The position numbers were made by a program, and so were the translations under genes. A stretch of DNA of 64,000 nucleotides, from NCBI GenBank assembly GCA_018818965.1, contig JAHJQX010000024.1, positions 6,105 to 70,104 on the forward strand, read 5' to 3'. How positions within the stretch are numbered: position 1 is the stretch's first letter; every line of letters begins with the position of its first letter. This DNA is from Patescibacteria group bacterium. GTDB lineage: Bacteria; Patescibacteriota; JABMPQ01. The notes under the pieces are model-generated. The model was not told the DNA's origin and made no database searches. It saw nothing but the letters and a program-made list of their open reading frames with translations. Below are positions 37,446 through 48,253 of the stretch, one piece after another.

Positions 37446-38663
37446 ATGCCTAAATTCACTTACACCGCCCGTGATCAAAAAGGGCAAATAAAAAGGGGGG
37501 TGCTAAACGCAAACAATAAAAGTAGCTTGGCGGAAACTCTGCGTGATCAGGGTTTATTGCTAACCCAGGCAGAATCAGACTCAGATGGAAAAAGAAAAAC
37601 GCATAAAAACACCTCTTCTCTTTTCGGTGGAGTTTCGACTATTGACAAGATAATGTTTACTAAAAATCTGCAGGTGATGATCAAATCGGGACTTTCGATT
37701 CTACGCGCCCTTGATATCCTCAATCGCCAAACAGCTAATAAAAAATTCAAAAAAACTATCGGCGACATTCGCCAGAGCGTAGAGAAAGGGACTGAATTAG
37801 CTAGCAGTTTAAGATCATACCCCAAAATATTTTCTCCCTTTTTCGTTAGTATGATCAAAGTAGGTGAAGTTAGTGGTAAGCTAGAGGACGTATTGGCCGA
37901 ACTAGCTACTCAAATGAAAAAAGATCGTGATCTGATGGTTAAGGTGAGAAGTGCCATGATGTACCCCTCGGTAGTTTTAATGACCATGTTTACAGTAATC
38001 ATTTTAATGCTAGCTTTCGTTCTGCCTAAATTGACTGACATTTTCAAAGACTTCCAGGTAGAATTGCCACTCACTACCAAAATACTAATTGGTTTTTCTG
38101 AGTTAATACAATCCTACGGAATATTCGTCTTGCTGGGAGGAATTATTATTATTATCCTATTCGTCCTTTATTCTCGAACCAAGGGTGGAAGAGAGAAAAT
38201 CCACGCTCTTAACCTACGACTGTTTATTCTTGGTCCCATCCTCAAACAAATTAACCTGGCTCGCTTCTCTCGTACCATGGGCACTCTTTTGCGCAGTGGC
38301 ATCCCAATTGTTGAAGCTCTTAGCATCACTAGTGACGTTCTTGGAAATGTACATTACAAAAAAGTAATGTCAGATGCTGCCAACAAGATTAAAAAAGGAG
38401 TAAAATTAGTCGATATTTTAGAAGAAAGCAAAAAACTATTCCCCCCTCTAACTACTCAGATGGTTATGGTAGGAGAAGAGACCGGCACTTTAGATAATAT
38501 TCTCGAGGAAGTAGCTGATTTCTATGAGGGCGAATTGACCGAGACAATGAATAATCTCTCCTCTATCCTCGAACCAGTACTAATGGTATTATTAGGGTTG
38601 GGAGTAGGTATTGTGGCTGTTTCTATCGTTTCGCCTATTTACTCATTGATGGAAAATTTTTAA
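37446..38663 (+). CDS. pilC: Type IV pilus inner-membrane platform protein PilC (GspF family)
   Basis: 405 aa. Two GspF-like repeats with 3 TM segments. Confidence 0.85.
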   Translation: MPKFTYTARDQKGQIKRGVLNANNKSSLAETLRDQGLLLTQAESDSDGKRKTHKNTSSLFGGVSTIDKIMFTKNLQVMIKSGLSILRALDILNRQTANKKFKKTIGDIRQSVEKGTELASSLRSYPKIFSPFFVSMIKVGEVSGKLEDVLAELATQMKKDRDLMVKVRSAMMYPSVVLMTMFTVIILMLAFVLPKLTDIFKDFQVELPLTTKILIGFSELIQSYGIFVLLGGIIIIILFVLYSRTKGGREKIHALNLRLFILGPILKQINLARFSRTMGTLLRSGIPIVEALSITSDVLGNVHYKKVMSDAANKIKKGVKLVDILEESKKLFPPLTTQMVMVGEETGTLDNILEEVADFYEGELTETMNNLSSILEPVLMVLLGLGVGIVAVSIVSPIYSLMENF

Positions 38664-38675
38664 TAATTTTAAATC

Positions 38676-39995
38676 TTGTACAAAAACCACCGAGACAAGG
38701 GAACAACTCTGATCGAAATTTTAGTAGCCATTACTATTATTGGTATTGTTTTTGTAGCGATCTTCGCCATCTTCCGCATGGTGATCCAAAGCTCTGCCAT
38801 TAGTGAAGCACGCACCACTGCTACCGGCCTCGCTAACCAGCAAATGGAGATGATCCATAATTTACCCTACAACGATATCGCTACCACTAGCGGTTGGCCG
38901 CAGGGTGACATCCCTAGCACCAAAACTGAAGTCCTCAACAACATTACCTTTACTATCAATACTAATGTCAATTACGTTGACAATCCCTTTGATGACACAG
39001 TACCCATCGATACTCTAGGAGCCGACTACAAAAAAGTAAAAGTGGAGGTTTCTTGGGATAAATTTTATAGTGGTACGCCCGTTATTTTACACACTGACAT
39101 TTCATCCCGGGGCATAGAAGAAACCGAACAGCCAGGAGGGGTATTATACATCAAAGTCTTCGACGCTAATAATCAACCGGTAGCCGGAGCTAATATTCAA
39201 GTTGTCAACAATGATCTGAGCCTTAATTTTTCTGATACAACCAATAATGCTGGTGAGAGAGTATTTTACGCTCTCACTCCAGATAGTGGAGCCAATTATG
39301 AAATTCTGGTGACAAAGGGCGGCTACACTACTGACTATACCTCGGAGATTACTCCCGAAATGCCCGATCCCGATAATCCTCACCGTTCTATCTTTGAAGG
39401 ACAAGTGGAAACAGCCAGCTTCACAATTGATATTGTTAGCTCACTGACTATTAACACCCAAGACGATAGTGATCCTCCTTCCTCCCTGGCGAATATACCT
39501 TTGACCATCACCGGAGAAAGACGTTTAGGTCTAGGCAGTGAAAATGAGTTGGTGCCAAGAAATAAGTTCGAAGGACAACAAACTGATGGCTCAGGGCAGT
39601 TAACTTTATCTAATATTGAATGGGATTCATATAACATTACAGAGGAGGATGCCAATTACGATATTGCTGAAATAAACCCTCCCAACCCAACCAATGTCGC
39701 CCCCAATGAGAACCTAACTACTATCCTTACTCTAGTCAGTCACGCTGCTCATACTTTGCGTGTAGTTGTATCAGACAACAACGATAATCCTCTTGCCGAT
39801 ACCAGTGTACGCCTTTATGGTAATGGCTTTGATGAGACAAAGCAGACTAGTGCTGTCGGCCAAGTTTTTTTTACCCCTCTACAACAAGCAACCTATAATC
39901 TAGAAATAACCAAGTCGGGCTATATCAGTTTTTCCGATACAAGCGAAGTAGAAGAGCAAACCGTTAGAGAAGTAGTAATGGCGACACAATCATGA
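38676..39995 (+). CDS. Large prepilin-type N-terminal domain protein (439 aa), minor-pilin/tip-adhesin candidate
   Basis: Class III signal-like DKG|TTLIEILVAITIIGIV with Glu at +5, and an unusual Thr at +1. Long beta-rich C-terminal region including a carboxypeptidase-regulatory-like segment. Confidence 0.55.
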   Translation: MYKNHRDKGTTLIEILVAITIIGIVFVAIFAIFRMVIQSSAISEARTTATGLANQQMEMIHNLPYNDIATTSGWPQGDIPSTKTEVLNNITFTINTNVNYVDNPFDDTVPIDTLGADYKKVKVEVSWDKFYSGTPVILHTDISSRGIEETEQPGGVLYIKVFDANNQPVAGANIQVVNNDLSLNFSDTTNNAGERVFYALTPDSGANYEILVTKGGYTTDYTSEITPEMPDPDNPHRSIFEGQVETASFTIDIVSSLTINTQDDSDPPSSLANIPLTITGERRLGLGSENELVPRNKFEGQQTDGSGQLTLSNIEWDSYNITEEDANYDIAEINPPNPTNVAPNENLTTILTLVSHAAHTLRVVVSDNNDNPLADTSVRLYGNGFDETKQTSAVGQVFFTPLQQATYNLEITKSGYISFSDTSEVEEQTVREVVMATQS

Positions 39996-40615
39996 AGCAG
40001 CTTCAACCCACTAAAAATCGATCGGCCGGTTTTACTATTCTCGAGATGATAATAGTATTTGGAGTTTTTGGGGTGGCTCTTGTTGTCACTACTTCCTACT
40101 TTTGGATGAGTCTGCGAGTGCAAAACAAAAGCGTTAAGCATATTGTGGCGCAAGACAATGCTCGACGAGCCCTGACTGCCATGGCCGGAGAAATCAGAAG
40201 TAATATGTACTCCGACGCTGGTTCTTATCCAATTGAAGTGGCCGAGGGGCAATCGCTTATTTTCTACACCAACATCGATGATGACGTTAACGCCGAAAGG
40301 GTGCGCTATTTTCTCGACGGCACTGACCTAAAACGAGGAGTGATTGAACCTTCGGGACAACCGCCAACCTATTCTAGTGTCAATGAACAAATCAATACCC
40401 TATCTAGTTACAACGCCAATGGGGTAAATGACATTTTTACCTATTATGATCGTGACTACGACGGGACAACTAGTCCCTTACCTTCCCCGGTAAATAAGAG
40501 TAAAATTAGATTGATCAAAATTAATCTTACCATTGACGTTGATAGCAATACCCCACCAGACCCGATCACTGTTACAACCGAAGCCCAACTTAGGAATTTA
40601 AAGGACAATCTATAA
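39992..40615 (+). CDS. Prepilin-type (pseudo)pilin
   Basis: …RSAG|FTILEMIIVFGVFGVALVV canonical G|FTxxE prepilin cleavage motif. 207 aa. Confidence 0.6.
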   Translation: MKQLQPTKNRSAGFTILEMIIVFGVFGVALVVTTSYFWMSLRVQNKSVKHIVAQDNARRALTAMAGEIRSNMYSDAGSYPIEVAEGQSLIFYTNIDDDVNAERVRYFLDGTDLKRGVIEPSGQPPTYSSVNEQINTLSSYNANGVNDIFTYYDRDYDGTTSPLPSPVNKSKIRLIKINLTIDVDSNTPPDPITVTTEAQLRNLKDNL

Positions 40616-40620
40616 ACAAT

Positions 40621-42015
40621 ATGGTACGGCAACCTACTAAAACACAAACCGGTGGCATTCTGGTACTAGTAATAGTATTTTGCGCTGTCTTCATGGCTAT
40701 CGGCGTTTCCCTGATCCAGATTATGTCACTATTACATAAAGCTTCTTTGAAAAAACAAAATCTAGAACAAGCTTTTCAGGTTGCCGAGGCAGGTATAAAT
40801 TTCTACAAATGGCGATTGGCACACGAACCAGAAAATTATAGTGGGGGCGGCGCTGACTACGACTACTATAATATCGACGGCAATAAAATAGGGTACTATC
40901 ATTTAGAAATTGGCGAGCCACCTTTGGGTTCGACGGTGGTGACTGTTACTTCGACCGGATATACCGACAGTGACCCCAACCTCTCTCGTACTCTAGAAGC
41001 CCGTTTAGCTGTCCCCTCCCTCTCTGACTACGCTTTTTTGACCAACAGTAACGCCTGGATTGGTGAAAGTGAAGAAATAGTAGGAAGAATGCACTCTAAC
41101 GGGGGAGTGCGTTTTGACGGTGAATCTGATTCAACTGTAGATAGCCCACTCGAAACGTATATTTGTGGAACAGAGCATGGTTGTAATAACGAAGAGCACG
41201 TGGGAGTCTGGGGTACAGGGGAAATTCAAGAATTATGGCGTTTTCCTCCTACCCATCCTATTAACTCTATTGACTTCAACCAAATAATACTTGACCTGGC
41301 TGATATGAAAGCAGAAGCACAAGCTGACGGTACCTACTTAGGAGACTCTGGTGAATTTGGTTGGCATCTTGAATTCGACTATAATTCTTCTACTTTCAAA
41401 GCCTCAAAGGTGACTCAGGTACACCAGACTTATGGCTGGGACTTTACTGATGGTTGGCAGTGGCGCAATATTGATATCAAATCAGAAACGACAGCCCAAC
41501 AATATAATTTGCCGGCTAACGGTATTATATTTGTGGAAGACCAGGCCTGGGTAGACGGGGAAATTGACCAAAGGCTGACTGTGGCTTCCGCTAATTTCAC
41601 TGATCCAAACGTGGAAACTAGTATTATCATTAATGATGATATAGTCTACGACAATAAAGACGGTAGCTCAGCTATGGGATTGATTGCCCAAAAAGACATC
41701 CTAGTCCCCTTATACAGTCCCGAGAAACTAGAAGTAGACGCCGCTCTATTGGCCCAAGGTGGTCATTGTTTTCGTTACTATTACCCCGAGAGCTGGTACG
41801 GCCAAGATGCTAAGAAAGATCTAATCGAAATTTGGGGAAGTGTTATTACTAATACCATCTGGACTTGGAGTTGGGTTGATTGTGATACTTGTCCAGTAAC
41901 ATCTGGCTATATTGATACCGAAACAACCTATGATCCCTATTTAACTTACGGACCGCCACCGGAGTTCCCTACCAGTGGGGAATATGAGCTTGTTACTTGG
42001 CAGGAAGTAAAATAA
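40621..42015 (+). CDS. Pilus-associated hypothetical protein with N-terminal TM (PilX-like?)
   Basis: 464 aa. N-terminal GGILVLVIVFCAVFMAIG. Located within the pilus operon. No recognised domain. Confidence 0.35.
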   Translation: MVRQPTKTQTGGILVLVIVFCAVFMAIGVSLIQIMSLLHKASLKKQNLEQAFQVAEAGINFYKWRLAHEPENYSGGGADYDYYNIDGNKIGYYHLEIGEPPLGSTVVTVTSTGYTDSDPNLSRTLEARLAVPSLSDYAFLTNSNAWIGESEEIVGRMHSNGGVRFDGESDSTVDSPLETYICGTEHGCNNEEHVGVWGTGEIQELWRFPPTHPINSIDFNQIILDLADMKAEAQADGTYLGDSGEFGWHLEFDYNSSTFKASKVTQVHQTYGWDFTDGWQWRNIDIKSETTAQQYNLPANGIIFVEDQAWVDGEIDQRLTVASANFTDPNVETSIIINDDIVYDNKDGSSAMGLIAQKDILVPLYSPEKLEVDAALLAQGGHCFRYYYPESWYGQDAKKDLIEIWGSVITNTIWTWSWVDCDTCPVTSGYIDTETTYDPYLTYGPPPEFPTSGEYELVTWQEVK

Positions 42016-42018
42016 CCT

Positions 42019-43101
42019 ATGTTCAATCCATTTAATAAAAGTAAAAAGGCCTTCGGCTTAGAAATAAGTGACTTTTCTTTAAAAGCTCTCTGGTTCAATC
42101 AAAAGAGACAAGGTTTAACTGTGGCCGGATACAACCGCTTGGATCTACCCAAAGGCTTGGTAGTAGAAGGAGAAATTAAAAAAAGTGACGAAGTGGCTAA
42201 TTTACTGCAACAGTTAGTAGAAGAAGCTAAGCCGCAAAAAATAGCTATTCCCCGCGTTATTAGCTCTCTGCCGGAAAATAAAACTTTCGTGCGCATTATC
42301 GAAATTCCTAAAATGACTCAGCAAGAAATATCGGAGGCAGTCCGATGGGAAGCTGAACACCATATTCCTCTGTCAATCAGTGATGTTTATTTAGACTGGC
42401 AAATATTATCAGAAAAAGATAGCAAAATAAAGTTACTACTAGCTGCTGCTGATAAGAAATTAGTAGAAGGATACGTGGACACCCTGGAGAAAGCCAAGCT
42501 TAGTCCACAAGCCTTGGAATTAGAGGCAGCTGCTGAGGGACGAACCTTGATCAAAGAGAATGAAACTACTAAACAGACTTATCTTATTGTTGATATCGGG
42601 GCAACCAAAACAATGTTTAGTATCTTATCATCTGAGGTAATCTACTTTAGCTCTAGTATCACTAAAGTATCAGGGAACTTTTTCACTAAAACAATTGCTG
42701 ATTGCCTCAACGCCAAAAAAGAAGAGGCGGAAAAAACTAAAGTTGCTTGTTGTAGCCCCCAAATATCTGAGAAAGAGCAAGCTGTCCTCGACGCTATTCA
42801 TCCCGCCTTTGATGAGTTGGCTAAAGAAATAGAAAAAATAGAACATTATTTTTTCTACAACTTTGACCAGACTAGTGATAAAATAAATGTTATTTTATGC
42901 GGTGGCGGAGCTGGACTTTTTGGAATTGCCCCTTATCTTTCTTTGAAACTCAAACAAAAAGTACGGCTAGGTGATCCTTGGCTTAATGTTCCCCTAACTG
43001 AACATCCCCCGTTAGCTCTAGCTCAGGCTTTGGGCTATACACAAGTAATTGGTTTAGCTCTACGCGGAATTAGACCAAATGAGTATACGACTCAATTATA
43101 G
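42019..43101 (+). CDS. pilM: Type IV pilus assembly protein PilM (actin-like ATPase fold)
   Basis: 360 aa. The N-terminal FGLEIS…LKAL start and the DIGATKT phosphate-binding-like loop are typical of PilM. Confidence 0.7.
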   Translation: MFNPFNKSKKAFGLEISDFSLKALWFNQKRQGLTVAGYNRLDLPKGLVVEGEIKKSDEVANLLQQLVEEAKPQKIAIPRVISSLPENKTFVRIIEIPKMTQQEISEAVRWEAEHHIPLSISDVYLDWQILSEKDSKIKLLLAAADKKLVEGYVDTLEKAKLSPQALELEAAAEGRTLIKENETTKQTYLIVDIGATKTMFSILSSEVIYFSSSITKVSGNFFTKTIADCLNAKKEEAEKTKVACCSPQISEKEQAVLDAIHPAFDELAKEIEKIEHYFFYNFDQTSDKINVILCGGGAGLFGIAPYLSLKLKQKVRLGDPWLNVPLTEHPPLALAQALGYTQVIGLALRGIRPNEYTTQL

Positions 43102-43104
43102 ACT

Positions 43105-43665
43105 ATGATTACTATTAATCTCTTACCAAAAAGATTCAAAAGGAGGGCGGATATAGAAAGAATTAACCTATCTATCGTCGCTATGTTAATCTTGCTTTTT
43201 GTTATTGTTGGTTTGACTATCGAATTATTATTTGCCACTAAAAAATTCCTTAATGCTAATATTGAAACTTTAGAAAGTCAGCAACAGGCCTATGAAGATT
43301 TCTTTACTTCTGATGTCAATAAAGACATCAACGATAAAATAGTAAAAACTAATCAACTAGCTATCCAAGTAGGTAAAATACAGGCCGGCCGAACCAGCTG
43401 GTCAGAACTATTGACTGAATTAGCTATCGTCACCCCTCCCGAAATAAAGCTAACCGATATTCAAAGTAATATACTGAATAAATCTATCACCATCTCAGGA
43501 AGAGCAGAAACTCGTGACCGACTTTTAGACTACAGTAAAAGTTTAGAAAGCTCCGATTATTTTGCTAGTGTAGACTTGCCTTCCTCCTACCTTAGCAGTC
43601 CGACTGATATTTCCTTTGAAATAAAAGCAAATCTGTCTCTAGCTACATCATCAGCTGGAGATTAA
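43105..43665 (+). CDS. pilN: Type IV pilus assembly protein PilN
   Basis: Canonical PilN start INLLP followed by a TM. 186 aa. Position after pilM. Confidence 0.6.
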   Translation: MITINLLPKRFKRRADIERINLSIVAMLILLFVIVGLTIELLFATKKFLNANIETLESQQQAYEDFFTSDVNKDINDKIVKTNQLAIQVGKIQAGRTSWSELLTELAIVTPPEIKLTDIQSNILNKSITISGRAETRDRLLDYSKSLESSDYFASVDLPSSYLSSPTDISFEIKANLSLATSSAGD

Positions 43666-43672
43666 CAAAGTT

Positions 43673-44296
43673 ATGAAACTCACCAAACAAAAAATATATA
43701 TTGCGGTTGTGGTTATCGTTGTTGCTTTGATAGCGATAACTGCTTTTCTAGCAGTGCCCCTGGTGCAAGATATTTATTCTCTGACCGCTGATCTCCAACA
43801 AAATAGAAACGAACTGGCAGCAGCTGAGGCCAAAGGAAAAAATCTTAAACAGATCAAAGACAACCAGCAGGTAACAGAGACTAACTCCAAAAAACTGGAT
43901 CAAACACTGATTTCTCGTGATAATACCCTCGATCTTATCTTGCCAATTGAAAAAATTGCTAGTAAAAATAACGTCGAGCAAAAAATTGATATTGTGAATG
44001 TGGATCCCGATGAGGGGAAAAAGAGTAACAGCCAGAAAGAGGAGGAAACCAACTATGCCCTAAAGGACATTCCTTACTTGTCGATCAACATCAGCCTAAA
44101 AGGAGAATTTAAAAACATCGCTTCCTATATTCTGGACCTGGAAAGTATCGGGGTGTATACCGACATTACCAACATCACCATCAGCGCTCCTAAAGCCACT
44201 TCCAGTACCTCTAATAAACCAACGGCTGAAGACGGGAATGCCACTGATGGCCGACTGAATGTCGGTTTACAATTACGAGCTTTTACTAGTGAATAG
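43673..44296 (+). CDS. pilO: PilO-like bitopic protein
   Basis: N-terminal TM and coiled coil. Position after pilN. Confidence 0.45.
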   Translation: MKLTKQKIYIAVVVIVVALIAITAFLAVPLVQDIYSLTADLQQNRNELAAAEAKGKNLKQIKDNQQVTETNSKKLDQTLISRDNTLDLILPIEKIASKNNVEQKIDIVNVDPDEGKKSNSQKEEETNYALKDIPYLSINISLKGEFKNIASYILDLESIGVYTDITNITISAPKATSSTSNKPTAEDGNATDGRLNVGLQLRAFTSE

Positions 44297-44305
44297 AATA
44301 TTTAT

Positions 44306-44605
44306 ATGAAACTAAGAGTAGACCAACTGCGTCAATTAAAAAAAGAAATGGTCCCATACTTGAAGGGGCATGTCGAACAAGTGGTTATAGCCAGTATTTT
44401 AATTATAGTTGTTATCGGAGCAACCTACAGTTCGTTGCTTTTTTACCGCTTTGCTTTAAGTTCCAAAACAACAACCACCGAAGTCGCTACTAAGATAATA
44501 AAGGTGCGAGTGGAAGAAGAAACCCTACAAAAAATTGATGCTGATAAAAAAATTGATCAAGTCTTACAAGAAAAGCTGGAAAAGGCCAGGGATCCTTTCA
44601 AATAA
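44306..44605 (+). CDS. Small bitopic membrane protein (PilP-like position)
   Basis: 99 aa with one TM. Last gene before the terminator. Confidence 0.3.
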   Translation: MKLRVDQLRQLKKEMVPYLKGHVEQVVIASILIIVVIGATYSSLLFYRFALSSKTTTTEVATKIIKVRVEEETLQKIDADKKIDQVLQEKLEKARDPFK

Positions 44606-44625
44606 ACGACTGATCTATAAACAAA

Positions 44626-44659
44626 AACTACCGGACATACATCGGCCGGTAGTTTTTTA
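44626..44659. terminator. Bidirectional terminator between the pilus operon (+) and the convergent minus-strand operon
   Basis: AACTACCGG…CCGGTAGTT stem, tttttt downstream, A-run upstream. Confidence 0.5.
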
Positions 44660-44699
44660 TTACCTCAGAGCCACAGCGACGGGGACTAAGCTTGCCAGC

Positions 44700-46562
44700 T
44701 TAGTGATCACTATCTTTGCTATAGCCAAAACCGCGCCAGAGCATTTTTTTGTCTTGAGAAGAAAATGAGAACAAGAAGGTGTCAAATGATTCTAGATAAC
44801 TTCGTTGAGTTGCGTTCAACTTTAGATAGTCAGTTAAATCATCAACATCAAAATAAAATATATTTTCGCTGCGCCAGCTAGCAGCTTCGCCGTAAGAAAG
44901 ACTGAAATGCCTTTTGTTAACCAGCAGCTTTCCAGATGTTTTAGAATCGCTAGCTATTAGTAATTTCTTTAAAGATTCAAGTGAAGTGCTGGCTAGTAAC
45001 TTATCTCCTAAGATAATATAGGAAATATTATCACTTAGGCTCTCGCTAGTGACACTCCGTACCGTCATACCTGCAAAATCCATGTCAGCGAACTGAAAAG
45101 CCTCTTTATTGGGTAACAGCTCCTGAGCTTTACTACCATCAGAAAGAATAATCTCCTGAGTGACAGGATAAACTGAACCCAAATAATTAGCTACCGCTTC
45201 CTCAACTACTGCCATCTGGGTTTTTACTTGTTCCCCATTTTTAAGTTGAAAAACAAAATCGTAATTAGTCTGACCGTCGCTGTGATCGAGAGCAATCAAA
45301 TACTCATCGTCGAGATACTTTAACAAATCATCTTGTAAATTAAGGCGAGACTTCTCTTCGATGTTGCGCTGGAAATTATTAAGGTGGAATTCCACCGTTG
45401 GACTTTTTTCCGTTAGATCTTGTTTGAATTCCGTTAAATCACCACTGAAATCGTTGCCTGTGATAAATCCAGAAATATCAGTAGGCAAATAATTGATTAA
45501 TTTTTGGGAAATTCTCTGGCCAGTATGACTATCTTGACGTTGAGCTGTTATATCAAGCAATAAGCCTCCTTCTTTGGCTTCCATGGTAACTAGGGCATCT
45601 TGTACATCAGCCAACATCAGCTCCCACAACACTGACATATTATTAGTTGAAGGAATATGGGCTGATAATTGAGTTGGTTGTAAGTAAAGATACAAAAACT
45701 TCTCTCGCAAGGTTAAAGGATTAAAATTAGGTAGATTAGTTGATTGCGCCAGAGTGATATATTCCTGTTGGTTAGTTTTAATAACTGCCTGGAGATGACT
45801 TTGGCTCTGACTGATAATCAAGTAGTCATCGAGAAATAAGCAATGGACTAGTAAGCTACCGTCCTGGCTATTAATACTAATAATTTCCTCTCCTTGGAAA
45901 TCCTGGCGAGTAATCTCAGTTCGATAACCGATTTTTCGCAAAGCGTTTTCAGCTGCTGGCTTGTCAAACAAATCAACAATAAACACCCAGTTTTCGGTAG
46001 TAACTACTTCCCCGTTTTCGTCATCATTATCGCCGCTAGCAGGGAAATAACTAAAATAAAGATTGCGACCGAGAAATGGCTTAAGGTCGGTAGCAAACTT
46101 GACGCCTAGCGGCTCCATTTGTTGGTCAATAAAACTAGTGCCCTTCCTAATTACAGTGTCGTGTTGCTTGGCCAAATCAGCTAGAGGTTTATTTTTCTGC
46201 TCATCAGGGAAAAGAATACCGGCGATGTTAATTTGTCCATAAATCAAAGCATCATTCGGTACTAGAGCAGCGGCAGTACTCTGGACAGCAAAAAGTTGCC
46301 AATAGAGAAGGCTGCCGATAACCACTAAGCCCAACACCCCAACCAAAACAGCTAGCAATCCTTTGTAAAAATTATACGCTACCGATCTCCCTCTTTTTTT
46401 CTCTTCCTTAATCTTCACAACATTTTTAGCAGGCAAGGAGCGCCACCGACTAGAACGATTGCGAATATCATTAACCTGAGGCCCGGATTTAGTCAAATCT
46501 TCCTGACTTTTCTTCTTGCGACTATGCCCAACTGTAATTTTAATTTTTTTCTTTCTGCTCAT
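44700..46562 (-). CDS. Large membrane-anchored hypothetical protein (620 aa), paralog of the upstream gene
   Basis: Basic N-terminus, single TM (LLAVLVGVLGLVVIGSLLYW), large extracytoplasmic region. Same architecture as 46566..48242. Confidence 0.5.
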   Translation of the reverse strand: MSRKKKIKITVGHSRKKKSQEDLTKSGPQVNDIRNRSSRWRSLPAKNVVKIKEEKKRGRSVAYNFYKGLLAVLVGVLGLVVIGSLLYWQLFAVQSTAAALVPNDALIYGQINIAGILFPDEQKNKPLADLAKQHDTVIRKGTSFIDQQMEPLGVKFATDLKPFLGRNLYFSYFPASGDNDDENGEVVTTENWVFIVDLFDKPAAENALRKIGYRTEITRQDFQGEEIISINSQDGSLLVHCLFLDDYLIISQSQSHLQAVIKTNQQEYITLAQSTNLPNFNPLTLREKFLYLYLQPTQLSAHIPSTNNMSVLWELMLADVQDALVTMEAKEGGLLLDITAQRQDSHTGQRISQKLINYLPTDISGFITGNDFSGDLTEFKQDLTEKSPTVEFHLNNFQRNIEEKSRLNLQDDLLKYLDDEYLIALDHSDGQTNYDFVFQLKNGEQVKTQMAVVEEAVANYLGSVYPVTQEIILSDGSKAQELLPNKEAFQFADMDFAGMTVRSVTSESLSDNISYIILGDKLLASTSLESLKKLLIASDSKTSGKLLVNKRHFSLSYGEAASWRSENIFYFDVDDLTDYLKLNATQRSYLESFDTFLFSFSSQDKKMLWRGFGYSKDSDH

Positions 46563-46565
46563 AAA

Positions 46566-48242
46566 TTAATCTTCTTTAACTGATAGGAAGCCTTCGGCCC
46601 AGCCGCCTTCATTAGAGCTTTGGCTCAAGAATCCCACTCCCCGTAGTCGTCGATACTCATCCTGGAGCGTATCATATTCTAAATAGTTGAAGTTATCCAA
46701 CCAGGTGAGAGAGTGAGGCAAATTAAGATACACTAAACGGGTAGCTTTCTCAGAATTAATTTCCTGATAAGTGTTGCGGAAAATTTCATTTTCAGCTAGG
46801 ACATCTCTCGTCGTACCCTCAGCAGCGTCAACCAAACTACCGAAAGCTTTCGGACCAGTAGCTATAATTATTTTATCTGTTAATACAGCGTAGTAGATAT
46901 CAACTTTAATGCTGGCTGGCAACTTGGCCAAGCGATAGGGCACATTTTTGTATGTTTGGTCAATAAACCCTACTTGTCCTTCGCCCTCCTTGACTATTTT
47001 ATCATTAATCTCTCGAACCGCCAATTCTTCAAGTTTCTTCATTTTGTCTTCGGCCTCTTCTCTCTTCTCTCTCGCCAATATTAGTCCAGCTGACAATCCT
47101 TTCTCTTCTTTTTCCGGGAAAATAGCAAGTCCATAACGCCCCTCTAGCATAGTAAAAATATCTTTGTCTAAATCTAAGCCAAGCTGCAAAGATATCCCCT
47201 TCTTAAGTAGCTCAATCTTAGCTTCACGTTCTTCCTGACTAAGCCCTTCCTCTGAGCTTACCAATAGACGCTCGGCTAGAGATTGAATCTCTTGCCCTTC
47301 CCAATAAAAGGCGGTGTTGGCCGGGACACTGTTCGCCAGATCAGGTTTGAAATCTTTCTTCTTTTCATACGATTCATTATCTCCGCCCAACAAGGTAGTC
47401 ATCTGTATCCCATTGTCCCGAGCCTTAAATACAATACCCATATTAAAACGACTGTCACTGGAAATCTGCCCCAAGAAAGGGATATTTATCTGGTCACTAA
47501 GCTCGGTAACTTCTCGTAGGCTTTCTACCAGATCAACAAAGGCAAAAACAGTAAAATCATCACCTTTCAGTTTTCTTTTTATGCGCCGGTAGACTCGGTC
47601 AGAGGACAAAGACTTATTGCGCCCGATGACCGTATCAATCATCATTTTAATGCCAGCGGGATCTTCTGAAAATAGCAAGAAATTCTCATAAAAAGCATAA
47701 GCCATACCCTCTTGGCTACTTTCAATATAAACAATTTCCGTCCCTCGAAATTCTTCGGTACTGACTACACTGCCTCGCTTTTTGACATTCTCATTGATAG
47801 TACCGAGAATATCTTTGGCTTTAACCAAGTTCTTAATTTCAACAACGTGAGCTGATTTATTTTCACGGCTGCTCAATTTTACCTTACTGATAACTAACTT
47901 CTCCCCTAGCCATGATTTCAGATCGCCTTCTTCAATTTTTAAGTTGTCTTTGGAGATGCCTCGGAAAAATTGTCCTTCGATGTAACGCTTGAATATTTCC
48001 TCATCGCCTAAATTAATTGCTAGTTTATCCAAAGCGTTGTTTTGCTCAGAATTTGGGTTGATATCTATCAGCAAGAAGGTAATCGGGTTCTCAGGGATAA
48101 AATTTTCCGGCTTAAGACGTCGAAAAAATTTATAATAAGATATTAGACCCACCACCAACAAAACTGCCACCGTCATTATACCTAAACGCAGCCAGAATTT
48201 CTTCTTCTTCCTTTTTATTTCATTTCTACGGCGTTGAGACAT
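46566..48242 (-). CDS. Large membrane-anchored hypothetical protein (558 aa), paralog of the downstream gene
   Basis: Basic N-terminus (RRRNEIKRKKKK), TM (IMTVAVLLVVGLISYY), large extracytoplasmic region. Confidence 0.5.
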   Translation of the reverse strand: MSQRRRNEIKRKKKKFWLRLGIMTVAVLLVVGLISYYKFFRRLKPENFIPENPITFLLIDINPNSEQNNALDKLAINLGDEEIFKRYIEGQFFRGISKDNLKIEEGDLKSWLGEKLVISKVKLSSRENKSAHVVEIKNLVKAKDILGTINENVKKRGSVVSTEEFRGTEIVYIESSQEGMAYAFYENFLLFSEDPAGIKMMIDTVIGRNKSLSSDRVYRRIKRKLKGDDFTVFAFVDLVESLREVTELSDQINIPFLGQISSDSRFNMGIVFKARDNGIQMTTLLGGDNESYEKKKDFKPDLANSVPANTAFYWEGQEIQSLAERLLVSSEEGLSQEEREAKIELLKKGISLQLGLDLDKDIFTMLEGRYGLAIFPEKEEKGLSAGLILAREKREEAEDKMKKLEELAVREINDKIVKEGEGQVGFIDQTYKNVPYRLAKLPASIKVDIYYAVLTDKIIIATGPKAFGSLVDAAEGTTRDVLAENEIFRNTYQEINSEKATRLVYLNLPHSLTWLDNFNYLEYDTLQDEYRRLRGVGFLSQSSNEGGWAEGFLSVKED

Positions 48243-48253
48243 AACGCACGATT

